Assembly (NCBI RefSeq): GCF_009789195.1
Contig: NZ_WSTC01000006.1
Span: 8,126 to 72,125, forward strand
Origin: Paenibacillus sp. MMS18-CY102
Lineage (GTDB): Bacteria; Bacillota; Bacilli; Paenibacillales; Paenibacillaceae
Length of the DNA stretch: 64,000 nt
Direction: 5' to 3'
The notes under the pieces are model-generated. The model made no database searches, was not told the DNA's origin, and saw nothing but the letters and a program-made list of their open reading frames with translations. The translations under genes were made by a program, and so were the position numbers. Positions 56,785-64,000 of this stretch are shown here, in pieces (the first letter of the stretch is position 1; the number at the start of each line of letters is the position of its first letter).

Positions 56785-58497
56785 ATGAAATGGTTATTAA
56801 CGTTCATGATGCCAAGGAAATGGTTTCTGTTGTTGTCGATCGGCGTAATGGCCCTAGAATCGATATGCGGCATTCAAGCCGTCGCGCTACAGCAGAAATT
56901 CATTGATTCCGTCATTATTAATCAACAATATGGCCTATTTTGGCCTACGCTTGGGTGGATTTCCGCCGCATTTTTACTTCACGCCTTATTGTTCACGTTA
57001 GGGCCGCACACGACCCATCTGAATATGGCTTACTTTCATAAAAGGCTGGCGGGGCAGTTTATGAAAACGATCTATCGGCTGCCGATGTCCAAATTACGCA
57101 AAGAACGGTCCGGCAGCTATGTGCAATTTTTCTCTAACGATATCGAGAACGTGTATGGATTGCTAGGCAGCGACATCGCGCGGGGCATGCAGCAGCTTAT
57201 TGCGGCCGTCTTGTTAATTGCCATTGTAGCGAAGGCCAATATGATGATGCTAGTTGCCTTATTCTTGTTTATCGTTGTTTACATCGGAATGGGCAAGTAC
57301 TTTTCCTCCAGAATGAAGAAGGCAGCAAGAGCGGTGCAGGAGAATCGGTCGGCACTCGTCGTTCAATTGGAAGAATCGATCTCAGGTACACGGGAAGTTA
57401 TTGCGTTCCACCGGGAAGAGTGGGAGAGAACCCAGTACAAGAACGTATTCCAGCGATACTACGAGAGCATCATGAACGAGGGCAAATGGCTGAATAAACA
57501 GATGCTTGCAACAGATCCTTTTAAATGGGCGATGAAGCTGCTCGTGATCGTATATGGCGGATACCTTGTCATCAATCATTCGTTGTCTATCGGCATGTTT
57601 GTTGTTGTCTTTCAGCTTACTTCTATGCTGGGGGACACCTGCCAAAGCTTGTTCAACACCGTCATGGGATTGTCTGGAAGAATGGCGAGCGTGGAGAGGG
57701 TTAGAGAGGCGTTAGAGGAAAATATGTTTGATCCTGGCTCTGAGCCTTTAGAAGGTAAAGTATCCTCCTTACGGTTTCAACAGGTTGGCTTTACGTACGA
57801 ATCCGAGGAACAGCAGGTGCTGCATGAGGTTACCTTGGATATGCCGATGGGCAAAAAGATCGCGTTCGTTGGGGCGAGCGGCAGCGGCAAATCAACGGTT
57901 GCCCACTTGCTCTCGCGTTTCTTTGAACCTGGTTCGGGCGAGATTGTTGTCAATGGGATGGATTTAAAAGACATTCGGCGGGATGCGTGGACGGAGCATA
58001 TCGGCATCGTGTTTCAGGACCCGTATATTTTCCCGGATTCCATCGCTAACAATATTAAGCTAGGGCTTGATGCAACTGAGGAGCAAATCACAAAGGTTTG
58101 CCAAGCGGTTGAAATTGATGAACATATCCGCAGCCTTCCGCTGCAGTATGAAACGCCGCTCGGGGAGAGAGGAATGACCTTGTCTGGCGGGCAGCGCCAG
58201 CGAATTGCGCTAGCGCGGGCCCTGCTTCGGGATCCTGAAATATTGATTTTGGACGAAGCCACGTCAGCGCTTGATCTCGAAACGGAGCGAACGTTCCAGC
58301 GAAACCTGGATACGTTAAGGGAAGGCAAGACGACAATCATAATCGCGCATCGGCTGTCGACCATCGAGAATGCAGATGTCATTTATGTCATGCAGAAGGG
58401 CCGGATTGTAGATGCAGGAACGCATGAGGAGCTTATGAGCGAGAGCCGGGCATATCATTCGCTGCTAGCGGCTCACGCGGAGCTGCAGGTGTCTTGA
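56785..58497 (+). CDS. ABC exporter, fused TMD-NBD (partner half-transporter)
   Basis: Walker A GASGSGKST, LSGGQRQR and ILDEATSALD. The gene lies 4 nt after the previous gene. Confidence 0.75.
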   Translation: MKWLLTFMMPRKWFLLLSIGVMALESICGIQAVALQQKFIDSVIINQQYGLFWPTLGWISAAFLLHALLFTLGPHTTHLNMAYFHKRLAGQFMKTIYRLPMSKLRKERSGSYVQFFSNDIENVYGLLGSDIARGMQQLIAAVLLIAIVAKANMMMLVALFLFIVVYIGMGKYFSSRMKKAARAVQENRSALVVQLEESISGTREVIAFHREEWERTQYKNVFQRYYESIMNEGKWLNKQMLATDPFKWAMKLLVIVYGGYLVINHSLSIGMFVVVFQLTSMLGDTCQSLFNTVMGLSGRMASVERVREALEENMFDPGSEPLEGKVSSLRFQQVGFTYESEEQQVLHEVTLDMPMGKKIAFVGASGSGKSTVAHLLSRFFEPGSGEIVVNGMDLKDIRRDAWTEHIGIVFQDPYIFPDSIANNIKLGLDATEEQITKVCQAVEIDEHIRSLPLQYETPLGERGMTLSGGQRQRIALARALLRDPEILILDEATSALDLETERTFQRNLDTLREGKTTIIIAHRLSTIENADVIYVMQKGRIVDAGTHEELMSESRAYHSLLAAHAELQVS

Positions 58498-58522
58498 GTG
58501 GGATTAAATTAAATGTATTGAG

Positions 58523-60070
58523 GTGAACGTGTTGAGGCAGTTACTGTTACATATAAAAAATGTTAAAGACAGTTATCCATTAGATTATGTAACCTGTTTC
58601 GAAAAGCCGGTAGCTATTGCAGCAGAAGGAATGAAGAGAGATTCATTCTTTCTGGTGTATATGTATCTGAAGTTTATGCGGGCGTATCATACTAATCTAG
58701 CTTCAGAACAGCACATAGACCGTTGGTCCAATACTTTCCCGCATTTAGGGCTAAAAGTTAATGTCATTCCGGTTAATGCCGCGAATCTGATCGACAACAT
58801 TGTGAAAGAGCTCGATGAGGGGCGCCCTGTTTTGGTGGGGGGCGACTTAAATCAATTGTATTATTCCTATCACTACGAAGAATCACATTGGCCTCATTTG
58901 TTTTTGATCCGGGGGTATGAAGACAAAAAGAAAGTATTGCATATTATCGATGGCTGCCAGAAGAAAACAGATGAGCACTTGTATGAAGAATTTGTAATGG
59001 AATATGAGACGCTTCATAAAGTGTTTCAAGCTGGTGCGGAATCTTACGGATACGATGTAATTTACTCGATTGAGGCGGATCCCAAGCAATACTCGATAAA
59101 GGAAAAGCTCATTCAATTTATCGATTTTATGGATCAATACCGTACGGACCAACCTTTCAAAGAGTTAGATATTATGAAAAAAAATGTGGCTAATTCTGCA
59201 TCCCTTGCCAAAGGGGATTTGGATAAAGTGAATTTTGAACTGATGAAGATTACTAAGCATAAGAAAGTGCTGTACAGTGAGTTGTTTCGAATGCTGGAAG
59301 GGACACTGCCGGATGAGGCACGTAATGGCCTGGACCAGCTTCTGGCTGCCTGGAAACTTGCTATTAGCAAGTTTGTCCTAGCTTGCCATAGGAAAAAAGA
59401 GATCGATTGCGCGGAATTAGTACAGTTACCGCTTCAATATGAACAAATGGTGTATGATGCTGTTCTAACAGCGAGAAGTGTTCTTGAGAGGGAACAAGAG
59501 CGGGTGGAACCTTCTCAAACCGAGTGGATGACTGAAAATAACGAAGATGGTATCCTCCATATCCTCCATAACAGAAGTTTTCACTTTCATTTTCGTGGCG
59601 ATAAAACCTATAACTCATGGATCACCGATGACTCACCGAAGTTATTTTTTAAATCCTTACAAAACAATAATCTAGCAAAAGATTTTACTATTCAGGTTGA
59701 GTTGGAAGTTGTCGGCAAGAGCAGGGATTTGTCCTATCATGCAGGTTTTGTGCTCAGAACAAAGACGGGGGACATGTACTTTTGGGGGATGAATTGCGGG
59801 GAGTCTTTGATGCTTTCGCATATTGGCAACACCAATATTGCTGTTGAGGTACTGGAACATGACTCGGTTGGGCTGCTAATTGAAAAAGAGCACGACTGTT
59901 ACCATTTCAGCTATAGGCAAGAGGGCAAAGTGAATCGTATTAGTGCTTTGAACAATTTGGATGTTGCTGAAATTGGCCTCGTCTGCAAAACCTGGGATGA
60001 AGCAAACGAACTTAGCGTCCATTTTACAGGGCTAACAGCTACATCTTCTTTGAATGAAACGCTTATTTAG
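58523..60070 (+). CDS. hypothetical protein (515 aa); possibly a BtrH-like carrier-protein-dependent acyltransferase
   Basis: Only its position, immediately upstream of the PCP/A/dehydrogenase genes, and vague similarity to the BtrH_N family support this. Low confidence in the family call. Confidence 0.35.
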   Translation: MNVLRQLLLHIKNVKDSYPLDYVTCFEKPVAIAAEGMKRDSFFLVYMYLKFMRAYHTNLASEQHIDRWSNTFPHLGLKVNVIPVNAANLIDNIVKELDEGRPVLVGGDLNQLYYSYHYEESHWPHLFLIRGYEDKKKVLHIIDGCQKKTDEHLYEEFVMEYETLHKVFQAGAESYGYDVIYSIEADPKQYSIKEKLIQFIDFMDQYRTDQPFKELDIMKKNVANSASLAKGDLDKVNFELMKITKHKKVLYSELFRMLEGTLPDEARNGLDQLLAAWKLAISKFVLACHRKKEIDCAELVQLPLQYEQMVYDAVLTARSVLEREQERVEPSQTEWMTENNEDGILHILHNRSFHFHFRGDKTYNSWITDDSPKLFFKSLQNNNLAKDFTIQVELEVVGKSRDLSYHAGFVLRTKTGDMYFWGMNCGESLMLSHIGNTNIAVEVLEHDSVGLLIEKEHDCYHFSYRQEGKVNRISALNNLDVAEIGLVCKTWDEANELSVHFTGLTATSSLNETLI

Positions 60071-60092
60071 AAAATAACGGTAAGGTGATGGG

Positions 60093-60329
60093 ATGATGAC
60101 TCCACAATTTTTTGAAATTATTAGCCAGTATTTAGAGAAGGCAGATGAGATCGATCCTGAAGAAGAACTCGTTTCATTGGGCCTAGACTCCTTGAAGGTG
60201 ATCAACCTCGTGTTGGATCTTGAGGATGCGTTTGGCATTGAGTTTCCCGACCGCTATCTTAATGAGGAGACTTTCCGGACTTCAATATCTTTATGGAATA
60301 CGATAACTGCGATCAAAGACAATCAGTAA
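60093..60329 (+). CDS. stand-alone peptidyl/acyl carrier protein
   Basis: 78 aa; phosphopantetheine attachment motif LGLDSLKVINL. Confidence 0.65.
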   Translation: MMTPQFFEIISQYLEKADEIDPEEELVSLGLDSLKVINLVLDLEDAFGIEFPDRYLNEETFRTSISLWNTITAIKDNQ

Positions 60330-60332
60330 CCA

Positions 60333-62504
60333 ATGTGGACAAACGTAAAGGGGAAACCATATTTGAACTTATATCCGTTGAAGGATGACTCGGTCGCAAA
60401 TTATTTGATGAAAGAAACTGTTCCATGCGGCAATGATAAACAATTCGAATTGAGGATCCAATGGCAAGATGGGCTTGAAGTGTTGGCGGCTGAGCCGGGG
60501 GTTTCAATAGATGAGGTGCTTCTAGCCGTAATTTGTATTGTTCTTGCAAAATATACCTATCAGAAGCAAATAACAGTTAACGTACGTACTGATGCTGTAG
60601 AGAAGCAGATAGGCTGCAAATTGGACGGGCGTCAGCCTTTTGCTTCCCTGCTCCGTCAGGTCGGGGAACAGATGAACAGTCAAAATGTCGCTGATCGTGT
60701 GGATTCGTGCGTGGAACGAATTGTTTTCTGCAGTTCAGGAAGAGAAACTGTCGATCAACATTTAAAATTCACGCCACTAAGTGGGAAGTTCGGGGTAACT
60801 CTTAAAATTGAGTATAAAGACGTTTTATCATCTGAGAGTGTCTGGCGTATGGGAGAGCATATCCTTCATGTTTTAAACAAGGTTGCTGATCAGCCGGATA
60901 TACTGCTGGAAGCAATTGAGATGGTTTCGCCAATTGAGAAAGATTTATTATTGACACGATTTAACCGAACGGAATCAAGCATTTTGGATCAAACCTTTAT
61001 TCCGCAATTCGAACATATGGTTGAGTGTTACCCTGAGCGAATCGCAATGAAGCATAATGACATTGAAATTAGTTATGCGCATGCAAACCGTGCAGCGAAT
61101 CAGTTGGCTCGTTATTTCCTGGATCAGGGAATAACAACGCAGGCGTTTGTTGTCATTGCGATGCCGCGATCCCATCTTTTTGGAATCTGTGTATTGGCTT
61201 TATGGAAAATACGAGCGATATATGTGCCGGTAGAACATGATTACCCGAAAGAGAGACTGGCCCAAATACTAGGTGAATGTGAAGCTGCTCATATTCTGAC
61301 ATCATCCCATTCGGTGCGGCACGAAGGCGTTACGGCTATCCAAATAAATGATGAACTGCTTCAGGCCATTGCTTTGCTGGATGATAAGAACGTGGTACAG
61401 AATTATTTAATGGAAGATATATCCTATGTTATATATACTTCTGGATCCACTGGAAAACCAAAAGGCGTGATGATCGAACATCGGGGAATGATGAATCATC
61501 TGCTTGCCAAAATTGAGGATTTCAGCATTACAGAGCAAACCGCCGTTGCGCAGATGGCCTCCCAGTGCTTTGACATATCGGTTTGGCAACTGTTCGCACC
61601 GCTGATAGCTGGCGGAAGGACGGTTATTTATGAAAAGCAGGCCGTAACGGCAGTGAAGACGCTTGTCCACCAACTTATTGCTGACCGGATTTCAATTTTG
61701 GAGATTGTCCCTTCCTACCTTGCGGCGATGCTAGAGTTTCTAAAGAGAAGAACCGTCAAGTTGGAACATTTGCAACTGCTGATGGTCACTGGTGAGATTG
61801 TAAAGCCGTTTTTGCTCGAAACGTGGTTTCAGCTCTACCCAGAGATTCCTTTCGCCAATGTTTATGGACCGACAGAAGCCTCAGATGATATAACGCACTA
61901 TTTCTCGGATAAAGCCTTGCTGGCTGATTATGTTCCGATTGGGAAGCCGATTCGAAATATGACTGTGTACATCTTTGATCGATTTGATAACCTGTGCCCG
62001 GTTGGGGCAGTAGGTGAGATATGTGTTGCCGGAGATGGGGTTGGACCGGGGTATGTCCGTAATATAGAGAAAACTAATGCGGTCTTTGGCATTGCTCCAT
62101 TTCAGAATGAATGTGTCCGAATGTACAGAACAGGCGATCTCGGATACTGGCTGTCGGACGGAAATATTCGTTTTATAGGGCGTAAGGATAATCAAGTAAA
62201 GGTTAAGGGGTACCGAATCGAATTGGAAGAAATAGAGAATACCTTCATGAGGATTGCAAATGTTCAGGAGATCGCTGCCGACGTGATCAATCATGATGGC
62301 GGCAATGCAATTGCCGTATATTATGTACATGATCGGGAAATGGATATTCCAGCAGTCATTCAAGCAGCCAGACAGGTGTTGCCTGAATACATGATACCAA
62401 TCCGATTTATCCGAATGGAGCATATGCCAACATTAGTAAGCGGGAAATTGGATAGAAAACAACTTCAGAAACATGCGCTTGCTTATAGCCTGGGGGATTC
62501 ATGA
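60333..62504 (+). CDS. stand-alone adenylation (AMP-binding) protein with about 230-aa N-terminal condensation-domain-remnant-like extension
   Basis: A-domain cores YTSGSTGKPKGV (A3), YGPTE (A5), YRTGDL (A7) and GRKDNQVKVKGYRIELEEIE (A8). The N-terminal region EVLLAVICIVLAKYT resembles the C-domain segment that precedes A domains. Confidence 0.75.
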   Translation: MWTNVKGKPYLNLYPLKDDSVANYLMKETVPCGNDKQFELRIQWQDGLEVLAAEPGVSIDEVLLAVICIVLAKYTYQKQITVNVRTDAVEKQIGCKLDGRQPFASLLRQVGEQMNSQNVADRVDSCVERIVFCSSGRETVDQHLKFTPLSGKFGVTLKIEYKDVLSSESVWRMGEHILHVLNKVADQPDILLEAIEMVSPIEKDLLLTRFNRTESSILDQTFIPQFEHMVECYPERIAMKHNDIEISYAHANRAANQLARYFLDQGITTQAFVVIAMPRSHLFGICVLALWKIRAIYVPVEHDYPKERLAQILGECEAAHILTSSHSVRHEGVTAIQINDELLQAIALLDDKNVVQNYLMEDISYVIYTSGSTGKPKGVMIEHRGMMNHLLAKIEDFSITEQTAVAQMASQCFDISVWQLFAPLIAGGRTVIYEKQAVTAVKTLVHQLIADRISILEIVPSYLAAMLEFLKRRTVKLEHLQLLMVTGEIVKPFLLETWFQLYPEIPFANVYGPTEASDDITHYFSDKALLADYVPIGKPIRNMTVYIFDRFDNLCPVGAVGEICVAGDGVGPGYVRNIEKTNAVFGIAPFQNECVRMYRTGDLGYWLSDGNIRFIGRKDNQVKVKGYRIELEEIENTFMRIANVQEIAADVINHDGGNAIAVYYVHDREMDIPAVIQAARQVLPEYMIPIRFIRMEHMPTLVSGKLDRKQLQKHALAYSLGDS

Positions 62505-63673
62505 TAATGATCGATTTAAAAAATAAACTGTCTCACGCCGTCGATAATATTATTGCTAAACATGCTGCCGATGTAGATAGACAGTCAAGATTTCCATTGG
62601 AATCTATCAACGCTTTGAAGGATATTAAGCTATTGGGCGCTTATATTAAGCGAGAAGATGGCGGGCTAGGCTGCACGTTGTCTGACATTGCCGGCATGAC
62701 CATGATGATCGCCCAAAAATGCGCGTCTACCGCCATGATTTTTGCCATGCACCACATTCAAGTCGCGTGTATCATGCATCACGAGGAGAGTAGCAGCTTT
62801 AAGGGGTATTTGAAGGAAATCGCTGACAAGCAATTGCTGCTTGCTTCGAATACGTCTGAGGTAGGCACAGGAGGAGATAATGGGCGGAGTATCGCAGGTG
62901 TCGAGTATGTGGGTCCAAGATGCACGCTTCTCAAAGATGCTTCGATTATTTCCTATGGCGCTTACGCGGATAGCATTTTGGTCACGGCCAAGAAATCCCC
63001 GGACGCGCGCACGACAGATCAAGTGCTGATATTAATGAAAAAGGAAGAGACTGAGCTTACAGAGACCGGAGTATGGGACACTCTTGGGATGCGGGGCACA
63101 TGCAGCCCGCCATTTCAAATAAAGGGTTCCTTTCCCATAGAAAATATTTTTAATACGCAATTCAAAACCGTGCTTTCCCAAACAATGGTGCCGGTATCCC
63201 ATATTCTATGGTCGTCCTGCTGGCTGGGAATCGCAACTGATGCTGCCGACACGGCGAGAAAGTATGTGCAATCCAAAGCGCGGAAAAGCAAGCCCTATCT
63301 TCCAGATACGAGATTGGCGGAAATGAACAATAGTTTGCAGTTACTAAACAGCCAATTGATTCATTGTTTGGACACATATAAAGCGTTGCTTGAATTGCCA
63401 GAAGAGCATCGGAAGAGTGAACTAACCAGCACACCTGTTTTGTTGAAGTGGAATGCTTTAAAGATGAATGTTTCGAACGATGCAGCAGGGATTGTGCATC
63501 GTGCGATGCAGATTTGTGGCATTTCATCTTACCAAAATAACGGTCAATACACCTTGGCCAAACATCTGCGTGACATTCATTCGGCGAGCTTGATGATCAA
63601 TAACGAGCGTTTAATGGAAACCAATGCATCTTTATTATTAATTTATAAAAATTCTGATCATCCATTGTTCTAA
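62501..63673 (+). CDS. acyl-CoA-dehydrogenase-family flavoenzyme (acyl/aminoacyl-S-carrier-protein dehydrogenase-like)
   Basis: ACAD fold, about 390 aa. The start ATGA overlaps the A-protein stop. Confidence 0.65.
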   Translation: MIMIDLKNKLSHAVDNIIAKHAADVDRQSRFPLESINALKDIKLLGAYIKREDGGLGCTLSDIAGMTMMIAQKCASTAMIFAMHHIQVACIMHHEESSSFKGYLKEIADKQLLLASNTSEVGTGGDNGRSIAGVEYVGPRCTLLKDASIISYGAYADSILVTAKKSPDARTTDQVLILMKKEETELTETGVWDTLGMRGTCSPPFQIKGSFPIENIFNTQFKTVLSQTMVPVSHILWSSCWLGIATDAADTARKYVQSKARKSKPYLPDTRLAEMNNSLQLLNSQLIHCLDTYKALLELPEEHRKSELTSTPVLLKWNALKMNVSNDAAGIVHRAMQICGISSYQNNGQYTLAKHLRDIHSASLMINNERLMETNASLLLIYKNSDHPLF

Positions 63674-63690
63674 GAAAGCGGGGAAGTGGC

Positions 63691-64000
63691 ATGGGCATCA
63701 CCTTGGAAGCGAGACTGTTAATTATTCTAGGTAAATCGACACTTAGTTACGAGGAGATCGAAGAAGCCAAACACATTATGGAAAACCGGCACTTTCACAT
63801 ACCGCGATTTTTTAGGTTAATATTCGAACATAAAGTGGCTACGTTTGTCTATCAGAATTTGCTCCGCCATGAGCTTACTAATTATATAAAGCGTAAATAC
63901 CGTCATGTTCTGGAAATTTATTGCGCGGACATAACAAGACGATTTACGGCCATTAATAGGGAAGTGGATTGCTTAGTTCGCAATTTCGCAGAAAAGCAAG
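63691..64000 (+). CDS. hypothetical protein, 3'-truncated by the window end
   Basis: The open frame begins MGITLEARLLIIL and runs to the window edge. Confidence 0.3.
   Translation, partial: MGITLEARLLIILGKSTLSYEEIEEAKHIMENRHFHIPRFFRLIFEHKVATFVYQNLLRHELTNYIKRKYRHVLEIYCADITRRFTAINREVDCLVRNFAEKQ

Overview
The window is a 64-kb accessory-type region from a low-GC Gram-positive (Bacillales/Paenibacillus-like) genome. The taxon is inferred from strong AGGAGG-type ribosome-binding sites, TTG/GTG starts, a spore-coat-like cupin protein and the overall gene content. It is compositionally mosaic. By eye, GC is roughly low-40s% in 1-31.1 kb, visibly higher (about mid-50s%) in 31.2-41.1 kb, and high-40s% in 41.7-64 kb.

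The left third carries mostly solo accessory genes: a DJ-1/PfpI protein, a MarR regulator, a tandem nitroreductase, a methyltransferase and a 2-hydroxyacid dehydrogenase. It also holds a flavin monooxygenase (LLM) plus GT1 glycosyltransferase operon. Next comes an unusual operon of a GlgA-like alpha-glucan synthase, a cytoplasmic CGTase-like GH13 enzyme and a three-gene ABC-2 exporter.

After that lies a cluster of chorismate-utilising enzymes around an IS3 remnant. It contains a divergent HemB (porphobilinogen synthase)-like protein, a PabA-PabB-type fusion, an oppositely ordered TrpE-TrpG/PhzE-type fusion and two class-IV PLP enzymes.

The middle region (24-31 kb) has resistance-flavoured small genes: a chloramphenicol-phosphotransferase-like (CPT) kinase, a decayed VOC-family (glyoxalase/bleomycin-resistance) gene, a GyrI-like protein, three GNATs and a VanZ protein, plus a TagA-like glycosyltransferase and an HNH nuclease.

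At 31.09-31.16 kb a T-arm/3'-acceptor fragment is fused head-on to the 5' two-thirds of a tRNA-Asn(GUU)-like sequence. This lies exactly at the start of the GC-rich about 10-kb island. The island carries an SPFH/band-7 protein, an orphan SUFU-like immunity protein, an M29 aminopeptidase, a FusB/FusC-family EF-G-binding protein, an AlkD-like DNA-alkylation repair protein and a catalase. It also holds two copies of an about 190-bp element, each built from four TAACGG-N9-CCGTTA palindromes.

The right third (42.1 kb to beyond the window end) is a dense, co-directional candidate biosynthetic gene cluster. It contains a P-loop kinase, two PEP-synthase-like phosphohistidine phosphotransferases, deoxysugar-tailoring enzymes, an MTA-phosphorylase-family nucleoside phosphorylase and a CDO-like cupin. 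It also contains a NodU/CmcH carbamoyltransferase, an SbnA/SbnB-like L-2,3-diaminopropionate pair, two ABC exporters, a large hypothetical protein, a peptidyl carrier protein, a stand-alone adenylation protein and an acyl-CoA-dehydrogenase-like flavoenzyme. This combination does not match any cluster I recognise and is the strongest candidate for a previously undescribed system in the window.

No rRNA, intact tRNA or CRISPR array was seen.
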